From the NCBI GenBank assembly GCA_903994795.1, contig CAJEYI010000002.1, forward strand, positions 1-60,537: 60,537 nt of DNA, read 5' to 3'. Made by a program: the position numbers and the translations under genes. Source of the stretch: an uncultured bacterium. Lineage in GTDB: Bacteria > Patescibacteriota > Minisyncoccia > Phycocordibacterales > Phycocordibacteraceae. A model generated the notes under the pieces. It did not search any database and was not told the origin of the DNA. It was given only the letters and a program-made list of their open reading frames with translations. Shown here in pieces: positions 1 to 9,379 of the stretch; the stretch's first letter is position 1; each line of letters opens with the position of its first letter.

Positions 1-48
1 GGATACAGGACACCTTTAGAAATCTGGAGTGGTGCAATTGAGAGTTGA
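1..48 (+). CDS. 3' end of a DDE transposase / integrase-core gene (partial, enters from the left of the window)
   Basis: Frame 1 reads GYRTPLEIWSGAIES-stop. The GY(R/K)TP.E tail is typical of the C-terminus of rve-type (IS30/IS3-like) transposases. Only 15 codons are visible. Confidence 0.3.
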   Translation, partial: GYRTPLEIWSGAIES

Positions 49-65
49 ATGTACCTTTTTATATA

Positions 66-95
66 TTGACAAGCATATAAAAATGATGTTATTAT
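66..95 (+). promoter_or_regulatory. sigma70-like promoter (TTGACA - 18 nt - TATTAT)
   Basis: TTGACA lies at 66-71 and TATTAT at 90-95, upstream of the small ORF at 175. Confidence 0.3.
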
Positions 96-174
96 TTTCC
101 TGGTAATTGTCCGGGTCCAGATTGCGCCAATCTGGGATAGCCCATTAACAGCTGGGCGCAGGAAGTGAGGCCGT

Positions 175-351
175 ATGACGACACCACAAATTATGCAGAC
201 AGCCCACGTGGCTGTCTACGTTGTCGGAACTCTTGGTTGGGTTCTGATTTGCTACGCCATCTGTCCGACTGAGATAAAGGGCTGGGCAAAGGCGGGGTTC
301 ATCGCCAAATTCCTTTTCTTCGGGACGAGGTCTCGCACAAAGATCCTCTGA
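175..351 (+). CDS. small hypothetical membrane protein (58 aa)
   Basis: The ORF is ATG to TGA, below the ORF-track cutoff. GGAAGTGAGG lies 5 nt upstream as a possible RBS. The hydrophobic core reads VAVYVVGTLGWVLICYAI. No homology was recognised. Confidence 0.25.
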   Translation: MTTPQIMQTAHVAVYVVGTLGWVLICYAICPTEIKGWAKAGFIAKFLFFGTRSRTKIL

Positions 352-370
352 CCGACCAGTTCACCGCAAC

Positions 371-417
371 CGGACGACTCGTCAAATGTTCCTCAGGAAC
401 AAATGATGAGTCGTCCG
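371..417 (+). terminator. long hairpin downstream of the small ORF
   Basis: cggacgactc (371-380) pairs with gagtcgtccg (408-417), with an inner gttcc/ggaac helix. Confidence 0.4.
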
Positions 418-445
418 TCGCCAATTTATATAAGATATTATGTAC

Positions 446-471
446 AAAACAGCGAACTTGGTTCGCTTTTG
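446..471 (+). terminator. rho-independent terminator-like hairpin
   Basis: agcgaac-ttg-gttcgct is followed by tttgtcatttt. Confidence 0.45.
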
Positions 472-511
472 TCATTTTCCACAGGTTCGCCCGCTTTTAA
501 TACTTTTGGGC

Positions 512-541
512 TTGACGGCTCCTGGCCATTCGCGCTATATT
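512..541 (+). promoter_or_regulatory. candidate rpoBC promoter (TTGACG - 18 nt - TATATT)
   Basis: The -35-like hexamer is at 512-517 and the -10-like hexamer at 536-541, about 170 nt upstream of rpoB. Confidence 0.35.
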
Positions 542-634
542 TAGTGAACGAGATTGAGTAACGATTGGGGTTAAGGGATGGGCTGTTCTACAACTAGAAA
601 AGACTTTATCAGCGCCTTGGAAAACAAGAGACGC

Positions 635-656
635 TGCTCACACGTTTGTGTGAGCA
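635..656 (+). promoter_or_regulatory. leader hairpin just upstream of rpoB (possible attenuator)
   Basis: tgctcacac-gttt-gtgtgagca is a perfect 9-bp stem followed by tttcggcgttt. It sits in the rpoB 5' leader. Confidence 0.35.
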
Positions 657-713
657 TTTCGGCGTTTGTACACCGACGGATCTTGTTTCCGAACTTTCAT
701 ACAAAACACACAC

Positions 714-3700
714 ATGTCAACTGACAAAACCATGAGTGCCACAAGAGGACCGGGCGGACACGGAACACGTGACGCAAAAAGCAATAAAGGAGAACTAGTA
801 CAGAAGACATTTGGAGCATACAGCGCACCTCGCGTTGAATTTCCTGACTTGGTCGCTCACCAGCGATCGTCTTTCGAATGGCTAGTTAAAGATGGACTTC
901 GTGAACTCTTCAAGGAGTTCTCACCAATCCCAGATTATTCTGGAAAGAAGTTTGAACTACGCATCGATGGATTTGAAATCGGTGAACCAAAAGGTGATGA
1001 GGAATACGCACGTGAGAACATGCGCACATACGAAGCACCGGTAAAGGTTTCGGTAACACTTCTTAACAAGACACTTGGTACAGAAAAGACACAGGATCTA
1101 TTCCTCGCAGACATCCCTATGATGACTCCTCATGGGAGCTTTATCGTGTCTGGTGTTGAGCGAGCAATCGTTCCTCAGCTAGCTCGATCATTCGGAGCAT
1201 TCTTCATTGCAGAAGAACTAAAGGGAAAGAATATGTTCGGCGCAAAGATTATCCCATCTCGTGGAGTATGGATTGAGATTGAGTCTGAGGCTGACGGATC
1301 AATCAACGTAAAGATTGACCGAAAGCGAAAGTTCCCAATCACAAACCTCCTTACAGTTTTTGGAGCAGGTGACAAAAAGGCAATCCTCGAGCACTTCGCT
1401 CAGGACCCAGTTGCATTTGCTGCTATCCAGGCAACTCTTGCACACGACACAACAAAATCTGTCGAAGATGCATATGTAGAAATCCACCGCCGCATGCGCG
1501 ATGGTGACCTTGCAACACCAGACAATGCTAAGCAGTACGTAAATGCACTCTTTACTCCAGAGCGATACGACCTTAATAAGGTTGGACGATACCGACTCAA
1601 TCAGCGCTTTGGATTCCCAACAAACGCAAAGGCTCTCGAAGAAAAGACTCTTTCACTCAAAGACCTCCTTCTTATCACTGCAGAGATCGCTCGTCTCAAT
1701 GTTGACCCAAGCGCTCGACCAGATGATATCGACCACCTCGGCTTCCGTCGTGTGCGATTTGTCGGAGAACTTCTTCAGGCACGTATGCGCGTCGGTATGT
1801 CTCGCATGAAGCGAAACATTCAGGACCGTATGTCAACAATCGAGTCAGAGACTTCGCTTCCGATGGCATTCATTAATCCTCGTCCTCTTCAGGCTTCGAT
1901 TCGTGAATTCTTCACAGCGAACCAGCTCTCACAGTTCATGGATCAGCAGAATATTCTCGCTGAGCTTGAAAACATGCGAACACTTTCTGCGCTCGGTCCC
2001 GGCGGTCTCACACGTGAGCGCGCAGGTTTCGAAGTGCGTGACGTGCACCCATCACACTATGGCCGCCTTTGTCCAATCCATACTCCAGAAGGTCAGAACA
2101 TCGGACTTATCCTTCGTCTCGCGCTTCATGCTCGAACAAATGAATTCGGTGTTATTGAAACTCCATACACCGTTGTGAAAGATGGAAAAGTTACTGAAGA
2201 AATTCAGTACTTGAATGCGCTCGAAGAAGAGGAATTCGTTATTGCTCACGGTGCTACACCAGTAGACGCAAAAGGTCACATCGTACCAGACTCAATTGAG
2301 GCACGACGTGGAGGAGAACCAGCATTGGTCAACCGAGACGAAATTCAGTTCATCGACGTATCCACATACCAGATGTTCTCAGCAGCTACAGCGATGATTC
2401 CTTTCGTGGATCACGACGATGCAAACCGCGCACTCATGGGTTCAAACATGCAGAAGCAGGCAACTCCGGTCCTCATCCCTGAGGCTCCGCTTGTTGCAAC
2501 AGGCATTGAAGGACATGCAGCTCGAAACACTGGCCGACTTATCATTGCAAAAGAAGCTGGTGAAGTTACGTATTGTGACGCTCGAAAGATTGTAGTCACT
2601 CCTGCAAATAGCAAGGACAAGCCTCACGAGTACAAACTCCAGGGTCTTACTCAGACAAACCAGAACTCAGCATTTAGTCAGCGTCCCGCAGTTAAGACTG
2701 GCGACATGGTAAAGAAAGGTGACGTACTTGCAGATGCATCATCATCTGCAAACGGACAGATGGCTCTCGGTCAGAACGCTCGCGTGGCATTCATGTCATG
2801 GAACGGTGCAAACTACGAGGACGCTATCATCGTGTCTGAGCGAATGGTTGAGAACTCTAAGTTCACAACAGTACACATCGAAGACTTCGAGTGTGCAGTT
2901 CGTGATACAAAGCTCGGTGCAGAAATCACAACGCATGACATTCCAAACGTTGGAGAACTTCGCTTGAAGAACCTCGACGAAGAAGGAATCATTCGCATCG
3001 GTGCTGAAGTACGCCCAGGAGACATCCTCGTCGGAAAAGTAACACCAAAGGGTGAGACACAGCTAACTCCAGAAGAGCGCCTTCTCCGATCTATCTTTGG
3101 AGACAAAGCAAAAGACGTGAAGGACACATCTCTCCGCATGGAAGGAGGAAAGCGTGGTCGCGTTATCGGTGTGCGCGTCTTCTCACGTGAGAAGGGTGAT
3201 CAGCTTGAGAGCGGCATCATCAAGAAGATCGTCGTAACAGTTGCGCAGGTTCGAAACGTTTCTGTCGGAGACAAACTTGCTGGTCGTCACGGAAACAAGG
3301 GTGTTATCTCACGCGTGCTTCCTGTCGAAGACATGCCATTCGATAAGGACGGAAATCCTGTCGACGTCATCCTCACACCGCTCGGAGTTCCGAGCCGTAT
3401 GAACCTCGGACAGATTCTTGAGCTCCACCTCGGACTTGCTGCAAACGAAATGGGCTATCAGGCAATCGTGCCTCCATTCGCTGGAGCAACTGCAGACGAA
3501 ATTCGTGATGAGCTCGAAGAAGCAGGATTTAGCCGATCAGGAAAGATGCAACTCTATGATGGCCGCACTGGTGAAGCATTTGCACAGCCGGTATCAGTTG
3601 GATACATGTACATCTTGAAACTGCACCACATGGTGGAAGACAAGATTCACATGCGCTCAATCGGTCCATACAGCCTCATCACTCAGCAGCCGCTCGGAGG

Positions 3701-3962
3701 AAAGGCACAGAACGGTGGTCAACGTTTCGGAGAAATGGAAGTGTGGGCGCTCCTTGGATATGGAGCTGCGTATACTCTACGCGAAATGCTCACAATCAAG
3801 TCTGACGACATCACTGGTCGCTCAGCAACCTTCGATGCCATCGTGAAGAATGAACCAATCAGCCACTCGGGCACACCTGCTTCGTTCTCCGTACTTACTA
3901 ACCAGATCCGCGGTCTTGCGCTCGACATTGAGCCATTACAAGAGCGTGGTGACCTTAACTAA
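714..3962 (+). CDS. rpoB: DNA-directed RNA polymerase subunit beta
   Basis: The ORF is 1098 aa. Diagnostic blocks are GPGGLTRERAGFEVRDVHPSHYGR.CPI.TPEG.NIGL and NMQ.QA.P near the middle, and GGQRFGEMEVWAL near the C-terminus. The ORF track starts at TTG 666; the first ATG (MSTDKT) is at 714. Confidence 0.97.
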   Translation: MSTDKTMSATRGPGGHGTRDAKSNKGELVQKTFGAYSAPRVEFPDLVAHQRSSFEWLVKDGLRELFKEFSPIPDYSGKKFELRIDGFEIGEPKGDEEYARENMRTYEAPVKVSVTLLNKTLGTEKTQDLFLADIPMMTPHGSFIVSGVERAIVPQLARSFGAFFIAEELKGKNMFGAKIIPSRGVWIEIESEADGSINVKIDRKRKFPITNLLTVFGAGDKKAILEHFAQDPVAFAAIQATLAHDTTKSVEDAYVEIHRRMRDGDLATPDNAKQYVNALFTPERYDLNKVGRYRLNQRFGFPTNAKALEEKTLSLKDLLLITAEIARLNVDPSARPDDIDHLGFRRVRFVGELLQARMRVGMSRMKRNIQDRMSTIESETSLPMAFINPRPLQASIREFFTANQLSQFMDQQNILAELENMRTLSALGPGGLTRERAGFEVRDVHPSHYGRLCPIHTPEGQNIGLILRLALHARTNEFGVIETPYTVVKDGKVTEEIQYLNALEEEEFVIAHGATPVDAKGHIVPDSIEARRGGEPALVNRDEIQFIDVSTYQMFSAATAMIPFVDHDDANRALMGSNMQKQATPVLIPEAPLVATGIEGHAARNTGRLIIAKEAGEVTYCDARKIVVTPANSKDKPHEYKLQGLTQTNQNSAFSQRPAVKTGDMVKKGDVLADASSSANGQMALGQNARVAFMSWNGANYEDAIIVSERMVENSKFTTVHIEDFECAVRDTKLGAEITTHDIPNVGELRLKNLDEEGIIRIGAEVRPGDILVGKVTPKGETQLTPEERLLRSIFGDKAKDVKDTSLRMEGGKRGRVIGVRVFSREKGDQLESGIIKKIVVTVAQVRNVSVGDKLAGRHGNKGVISRVLPVEDMPFDKDGNPVDVILTPLGVPSRMNLGQILELHLGLAANEMGYQAIVPPFAGATADEIRDELEEAGFSRSGKMQLYDGRTGEAFAQPVSVGYMYILKLHHMVEDKIHMRSIGPYSLITQQPLGGKAQNGGQRFGEMEVWALLGYGAAYTLREMLTIKSDDITGRSATFDAIVKNEPISHSGTPASFSVLTNQIRGLALDIEPLQERGDLN

Positions 3963-3968
3963 ACTTAT

Positions 3969-6900
3969 ATGTCACTACCTCAAAACACATTCCCATCAAA
4001 CAAGCGACCACAGCAGAGCAAGTCCTCTGACTGGAATGCGCTTCGTCTCTCGCTTGCGTCACCAGAGCGCATCCTCGAGTGGTCACGTGGGGAAATTACA
4101 AAGCCAGAAACTATCAACTACCGCACACAGCGTTCAGAAAAGCACGGACTCTTTGATGAAAAGATCTTTGGTCCAGAGCGCGACTATGAGTGTTACTGCG
4201 GAAAGTACAAAGGTATCCGTTATAAGGGTATTGTCTGTGATAAGTGTGGTGTTGAAATCACACGCTCAATCGTTCGACGCGAGCGCATGGGTCACATCGA
4301 ACTCGTCACACCAGTTGCACACATCTGGTTCCTACGTTCAATGCCATCTCGAATGGCACAGGTGCTTGGTGTCGCTGCTGCAGATCTTGAAAAGGTTATC
4401 TACTTCGCTGGCTACATCGTTACTAAGGTAAACGAAGAGACAAAGAAGCGACTTCTCAACGAGCTCGATAGCGAATACAAGACAAAGCACAAAGCAATGG
4501 AGAAGGAGGCAGATCGTGATGCACTCAAGGAGCGCATGACAATTGCTCGCCAGGAAATTGATAGTGTGGTTGTCGGAAAGGTTTTCGATGAAATCATGTA
4601 CCACCGCTTCTCAGTGAAGTACGGCACACTCTTCGAAGCTAAGATCGGCGCAGAAGCTATTTATGATATTTTCAGAAGCCTCAAGCTTGATGCGCTGAAA
4701 GATCAGCTCGAAGAGCGTTATGCAAAAGTTGGTGCAGCAGAGCGAGAGAAGCTTGCAAAGCGTATCTCACTCATCTCATCGATGATTGTCGCAAACGTAA
4801 AGCCTGAGTGGATGTTCCTCACAAAGATTCCGGTCATTCCACCAGCACTTCGACCAATGGTTGCTCTTGAGGGTGGTCGCCATGCGACATCTGACCTCAA
4901 CGACCTCTACCGCCGTGTGATCAACCGAAACAATCGTTTGAAGAAACTCATGGACATTCATGCTCCAGAAGTGATTCTTCGAAACGAGAAGCGCATTCTT
5001 CAGGAAGCAGTTGACGCACTTATCGACAACTCAATCCGCAAGACTGGTGCAAACGCAGGAGCACTTACTCCCGCACAGCGCCGACCACTTAAGTCTCTTG
5101 CTGACTACCTAAAAGGAAAGCAGGGATACTTCCGACAGAACTTGCTCGGAAAGCGTGTGGACTACTCTGGTCGTTCAGTGATCGTTGTTGGTCCTGACCT
5201 CGAACTCGATGAGTGTGGTCTTCCAAAGCACATGGCGCTTGAGCTCTTCCGCCCATTCGTTATTGCAGGACTTCTTCAGCGTGAACTCGCCTTCAACATC
5301 CGCGGCGCAGGTCGTTTGATCGAAGACTCAGTTCCTGAAGTATGGGAAATTCTCGAAGAAGCAATTAAAGGAAAGCACGTACTTCTAAACCGTGCCCCTA
5401 CACTTCACCGTCAGGGTATCCAGGCATTCCGCCCACGACTTATCGAAGGAGACGCTATCCAGCTTCACCCTCTCGTATGTCCAGCCTTTAACGCTGACTT
5501 CGACGGAGACCAAATGGCAATCCACGTACCGCTTTCAGAAGAAGCACAGTGGGAAGCTGCAAACGTCATGAGCGCAAACAAGAACATCCTCAAGCCAGGA
5601 TCTGGTGACATGATTGTTCTTACACAAAAGCCTCTCGACATCGTGCTCGGCTGCTACTGGCTCACAAAAGACGTTGCTGGAGAAAGGGGCGAAGGAGATT
5701 ACTTCTCTTCACCAAACTCTGCAATTCTTGCACGTGACCTCGGCGCAATCAGTGTACGTGCAAAGATCAACATCATGCCAGTACCTGGAAAGGAAAAGTA
5801 TGCTGCATACAATGGTCAGATCTTTGAGACAACAGTCGGACGACTTCTCTTCAACACAGTGCTTCCTGCTGACTATCCATTCGTTAACGACGCAATCACT
5901 ACGAAGGTCCTTCAGGCAATCATGAGTGACTGTATCGTTCGCTATGGAATCGATGCTGTTCCAGCTATCGTGAACAAGATTAAGAAGTTCGGATTCGAGT
6001 ACGCTACAAAGTCTGGAGTCTCATGGAGTCTTGATGATGTGCAGGTCCCAGTTGAGAAGAAAGCAATCATCGAGGAAACTCGTACAAAGGTTGCCGGCAT
6101 CGAAAGCGACTACCGTGACGGTCTCCTCTCTGAAGAAGAGAAGCGACGAATGGTTATCGAAACATGGCACGCAACAAAGACAAGTGTTGAAAAGGTTGTT
6201 GAAGCCGCACTCGATCCAGCAGGATCTGTGCACGACATGGTACGTTCTGGTGCTCGAGGATCTATCGGAAACCTCACACAGATGGCCGGTATGAAGGGTC
6301 TCATCCAGAACACTGCCGGAGAGACTATCGAAGTGCCGATCGTGTCATCTATGACTGAAGGGCTCAATCCAGTTGAGTACTTCATGAGTACGCACGGTGC
6401 TCGAAAGGGTCTCACAGACACAGCGCTTGGAACTGCTCGTGCAGGATACCTCACACGTCGTCTCTTCGACGTTGCGCAGGACTCAATCATCACTGAGCAC
6501 GACTGTGGTACAAAGCGTGGCATTGCAATCAACCGTGTGTCAGCATCAGGTATCCGCACTGACTTTGCGAAAGCAGTTCGAGGACGAGTACTTTCAGAAG
6601 CAGTTTCCGCAAACGGCGAAGTACTCTTCAAGAAAGGTCACTACCTTACAGCTGATGATGCGAAGCTCGTGAACGGTGCTGATGATGTCACAACAATAAG
6701 CGTACGTTCAGCAATGTCATGTGAGACTCGCTACGGAATCTGTCAGCTCTGCTACGGAATGGACCTCACTACTCAGGAGCTCGTTGATCTCGGAGAAGCA
6801 GTAGGAACAATCGCAGCGCAGGCTATCGGTGAACCAGGAACACAGCTCACAATGCGTACATTCCACGCCGGAGGTACAGCGTCAGTTGGTGGAGACATCA

Positions 6901-7721
6901 CTCAGGGTCTCCCTCGTATTGAGGAAGTCTTCGAGAAGCGTTCTCCAAAGAATCCAGCAATCGTCTCAAAGATCGACGGTATGATTACCGACATCAAAGA
7001 GTCAGGCCGCGAGAAGATCATTGTGGTACAGCCAGAAGCAGGACAGGGCAAGAAGGACGGTTCAGCAACTGAATACCTTGCAGTCTATCCTCGTCAGGTG
7101 CATGTGAAGATTGGAGACAAGGTTAAGAAGGGCCAGCTCCTCACAGACGGATCTGCAGACCTCGACGAACTCTTCGACTTCGCAGGACGCGCTATGGTTC
7201 AGGAATACATCATTACTGAAACATCAAAGATCTATGAACTTCAGGGAGGTTCGGTTTCTCGAAAGCATCTCGAAGTTGTCGTGAAGCAGATGTTCTCACG
7301 ATCGAAGATCACTGAGACTGGAGATTCTGATCTCTCGGTAGGTGATGTGTTCGAACACTGGGAATTCGAAGAAATGGTTAAGGAAATGGAAGACGGAGGC
7401 AAGCTTCCACCAAAGGCCCGCGAAATGGTTCTTGGTATCAAAGAGTCTGCACTTTCTCGTCGATCATTCCTTTCAGCTGCGTCATTTGAGCAGACGACAA
7501 AGATTCTCATCAATGCGTCACTCAAGGGATCAGTTGATACACTTCGAGGACTTAAGGAGAACGTTATCCTTGGTCGCTTGATTCCTGCCGGAACAGGTTT
7601 CGCAGGAAGCAAGAAGCGTGCTGCAATCGACGCACTTCAGAACACTCGCCGCATGAACGCTGCAACATATGCAGCAGAGGAAGCGGAGAAGGAGTTGGCG
7701 GATGCACAGAAGGGAGCTTAG
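3969..7721 (+). CDS. rpoC: DNA-directed RNA polymerase subunit beta'
   Basis: The ORF is 1250 aa. It has the zinc motif CYCGKYKGIRYKGIVCDKCGVE and the catalytic NADFDGDQM motif, and lies 6 nt after rpoB. Confidence 0.97.
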   Translation: MSLPQNTFPSNKRPQQSKSSDWNALRLSLASPERILEWSRGEITKPETINYRTQRSEKHGLFDEKIFGPERDYECYCGKYKGIRYKGIVCDKCGVEITRSIVRRERMGHIELVTPVAHIWFLRSMPSRMAQVLGVAAADLEKVIYFAGYIVTKVNEETKKRLLNELDSEYKTKHKAMEKEADRDALKERMTIARQEIDSVVVGKVFDEIMYHRFSVKYGTLFEAKIGAEAIYDIFRSLKLDALKDQLEERYAKVGAAEREKLAKRISLISSMIVANVKPEWMFLTKIPVIPPALRPMVALEGGRHATSDLNDLYRRVINRNNRLKKLMDIHAPEVILRNEKRILQEAVDALIDNSIRKTGANAGALTPAQRRPLKSLADYLKGKQGYFRQNLLGKRVDYSGRSVIVVGPDLELDECGLPKHMALELFRPFVIAGLLQRELAFNIRGAGRLIEDSVPEVWEILEEAIKGKHVLLNRAPTLHRQGIQAFRPRLIEGDAIQLHPLVCPAFNADFDGDQMAIHVPLSEEAQWEAANVMSANKNILKPGSGDMIVLTQKPLDIVLGCYWLTKDVAGERGEGDYFSSPNSAILARDLGAISVRAKINIMPVPGKEKYAAYNGQIFETTVGRLLFNTVLPADYPFVNDAITTKVLQAIMSDCIVRYGIDAVPAIVNKIKKFGFEYATKSGVSWSLDDVQVPVEKKAIIEETRTKVAGIESDYRDGLLSEEEKRRMVIETWHATKTSVEKVVEAALDPAGSVHDMVRSGARGSIGNLTQMAGMKGLIQNTAGETIEVPIVSSMTEGLNPVEYFMSTHGARKGLTDTALGTARAGYLTRRLFDVAQDSIITEHDCGTKRGIAINRVSASGIRTDFAKAVRGRVLSEAVSANGEVLFKKGHYLTADDAKLVNGADDVTTISVRSAMSCETRYGICQLCYGMDLTTQELVDLGEAVGTIAAQAIGEPGTQLTMRTFHAGGTASVGGDITQGLPRIEEVFEKRSPKNPAIVSKIDGMITDIKESGREKIIVVQPEAGQGKKDGSATEYLAVYPRQVHVKIGDKVKKGQLLTDGSADLDELFDFAGRAMVQEYIITETSKIYELQGGSVSRKHLEVVVKQMFSRSKITETGDSDLSVGDVFEHWEFEEMVKEMEDGGKLPPKAREMVLGIKESALSRRSFLSAASFEQTTKILINASLKGSVDTLRGLKENVILGRLIPAGTGFAGSKKRAAIDALQNTRRMNAATYAAEEAEKELADAQKGA

Positions 7722-7740
7722 TTCTCTTAGTTAAAGAGAT

Positions 7741-7784
7741 GAAAATAACAACAGTCCCGCTTTAACGGGGCTGTTGTTATTTTC
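7741..7784 (+). terminator. rho-independent terminator of rpoBC
   Basis: gaaaataacaacagtcccg / cggggctgttgttattttc forms a 19-bp stem with one G-U pair. Confidence 0.8.
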
Positions 7785-7843
7785 ATAAATATTTTATCTT
7801 TATTTTAAATTCATTTTAACTACTTCCTGTACAATGCCTGCTA

Positions 7844-8362
7844 ATGCAAAAGTCAGGGAATAATTATGCATTCATAGATAGTCAGAACTTGAACCTTGGA
7901 ATTCATACACAAGGTTGGGATTTGTCGTTTATAAAATTCAGAAAATACTTAAAAGAGAAATATGCAATCACCAAAGCATTCGTGTTCCTTGGATATATTA
8001 GGGAAAACGAAAGTCTTTATAAATCCTTACGGGACGCAGGATTCTTATGTGTATTTAAGCCGACAATTAAGCAAAAAGGAATTGTAAAAGGCAATTGCGA
8101 TGCTGAACTCGTACTCCAGGCGATGATTGAATACGATAACTACGACAAAGCAATAATAGTGAGTGGTGATGGAGATTTCCAGTGTCTTGCAAGATATCTG
8201 CAAAGTACTAAGAAACTACTAGCATTACTGATTCCAAATCGCCACCAGTTTTCTTCGTTACTTAGATATAAGATATTTAGAAAATACTTGAGATGTATGG
8301 ATGAATTAAAATCGATTCTTGCGAGTGATAAGGAAATAGATCCAAAAGAAAAGGCCTCGTAG
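7844..8362 (+). CDS. NYN-domain (LabA/PIN-like) putative ribonuclease, copy 1
   Basis: NNYAFIDSQNL at the N-terminus, NCDAEL and VSGDGDF match the acidic-residue pattern of NYN domains. It is a paralog of 16798-17322. Confidence 0.8.
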   Translation: MQKSGNNYAFIDSQNLNLGIHTQGWDLSFIKFRKYLKEKYAITKAFVFLGYIRENESLYKSLRDAGFLCVFKPTIKQKGIVKGNCDAELVLQAMIEYDNYDKAIIVSGDGDFQCLARYLQSTKKLLALLIPNRHQFSSLLRYKIFRKYLRCMDELKSILASDKEIDPKEKAS

Positions 8363-8380
8363 GGACGGGACCCTACGAGG
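8355..8380 (+). terminator. hairpin enclosing the NYN-1 stop codon
   Basis: cctcgtaggg-acggga-ccctacgagg is followed by tgatctttt. The TAG stop lies in the 5' arm. Confidence 0.5.
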
Positions 8381-8467
8381 TGATCTTTTCCGATTTCAAC
8401 CATCTATATCTTAGTACGAGTAGATATTGTAGTCAAATCAATGTTCTCGAAGATATAATCAGACGAT

Positions 8468-8983
8468 ATGCGCATAAGTATTATTGGATTACCAGGCAGC
8501 GGAAAGACTACACTTGCAAAGATGCTACGTGATAGGTTTTCTATACCTCATATCCACATTGATCAATTTTGGTTTGAGGCGGGTGGCACCAAGGGAAGTC
8601 GAAACACTCATCCGGAAAAGTTAGAAGAGATCAGGGCGTACATTCGAGAAAAGGTCGGACCTCTACTTTTAGAAGAATCATGGGTTTCAGATGGTTTTTA
8701 TCCCCAGATTCAAAAAGATATTGCGGAACGTGCAGATATAATCCTCTTTCTTGATATTCCACTTTGGCGACGTCTCTTAAATCATATTCAGAGAATGTGC
8801 AAACCTTCTGCTCGACACAAACAGCTTACAGTGTGGGACGACATCACTTTCATTCCAGAAATTATTCGAAGGACCATTGTGAATAAAAGTAAGTATGATG
8901 GGTTTATAGGAGAGTATCGGGATAAAATAGTCACGTTACGTTCCCGGAAGCAAATCAAGGATTATCTTAATAAATTAAGCTAA
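8468..8983 (+). CDS. P-loop NTPase, adenylate-kinase / topology-modulation (FlaR)-like
   Basis: The Walker A motif GLPGSGKTTLAK is at the N-terminus. Size (171 aa) and layout are typical of small nucleotide kinases. Confidence 0.65.
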   Translation: MRISIIGLPGSGKTTLAKMLRDRFSIPHIHIDQFWFEAGGTKGSRNTHPEKLEEIRAYIREKVGPLLLEESWVSDGFYPQIQKDIAERADIILFLDIPLWRRLLNHIQRMCKPSARHKQLTVWDDITFIPEIIRRTIVNKSKYDGFIGEYRDKIVTLRSRKQIKDYLNKLS

Positions 8984-9001
8984 AGATCATATATTTATAG
9001 A

Positions 9002-9039
9002 TAGTCAAAAAGTCAGAAAAATTTTATCTTACGTTCAGC
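9002..9039 (+). promoter_or_regulatory. shared promoter-like block, copy upstream of the decayed mazF-like gene
   Basis: tagtcaaaaagtcagaaaaattttatcttacgttcagc aligns with the blocks at 12835, 24893, 46441(-) and 60101(-). Confidence 0.45.
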
Positions 9040-9071
9040 TTTTTTCAATATTAAATACGTAAAGTATAAAG

Positions 9072-9226
9072 ATGGATGAGTACGTAAAAGACTTTGACTC
9101 GTGGGGTGAGGAGAAGAAACGCATTGAAGCATTTGGATATCATAAACCTTGTAAGGAAGGAGAAATTTGGTGGTGTATCCTTGCATGTTCCTCTATATAC
9201 GAGAAATCGCTAGAAAATTATTCTAG
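9072..9226 (+). pseudogene. MazF/PemK-like toxin gene with a large internal out-of-frame deletion
   Basis: The N-terminus MDEYVKDFDSWGEEKKRIEAFGYHKPCKEGEIWWC aligns to 12904-13008. The sequence then jumps directly to the last 16 codons (PCMFLYIREIARKLF-stop) in another frame. The 71-aa ORF in the track (9072-9287) is read-through. Confidence 0.7.
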
Positions 9227-9379
9227 CGATTTCTCAAGTATCCCCTTGCGGGGTAGACATGAACTACATATCCTTCTTCCGTTATGAAGGCGGGAGGTAA
9301 TCTCACGATTCCTCCAGACATCTCTTTCGAGATAGATCCGAAGACCCAAGTTGCTTCCTCACTTGAAGAGAACAACTTA
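9201..9379 (+). ncRNA. structured 3' RNA element associated with mazF-like genes, copy A
   Basis: P1 is gagaaatcgctagaa/ttctagcgatttctc. Further helices are cccc/gggg, ccttc/gaagg, ggagg/cctcc and atctc/gagat. The invariant blocks ctcacgatt and tccgaagacc are present. It is homologous to 13265-13446 with compensatory changes. Confidence 0.5.

Noticed and set aside
1175-7612. Numerous 60-190-aa ORFs on both strands inside rpoB and rpoC, for example 3850-4431 and 6110-6631.
   Set aside because: All are embedded in or antisense to the two highly conserved polymerase genes, and the translations are compositionally odd. They are typical shadow ORFs.
9072-9287. The 71-aa ORF from the track, taken as an intact small protein.
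   Set aside because: It is the N-terminus of a MazF-like protein running out of frame across a deletion junction and then through the RNA hairpins, so it was annotated as a pseudogene.
9290-9378. A small peptide encoded in the conserved region downstream of the mazF-like genes (32-aa ORF MKAGGNLTIPPD... in copy A) as a possible protein antitoxin.
   Set aside because: The homologous nucleotides in copy B are read in a different frame and give an unrelated peptide. Conservation follows base-pairing, not codons.
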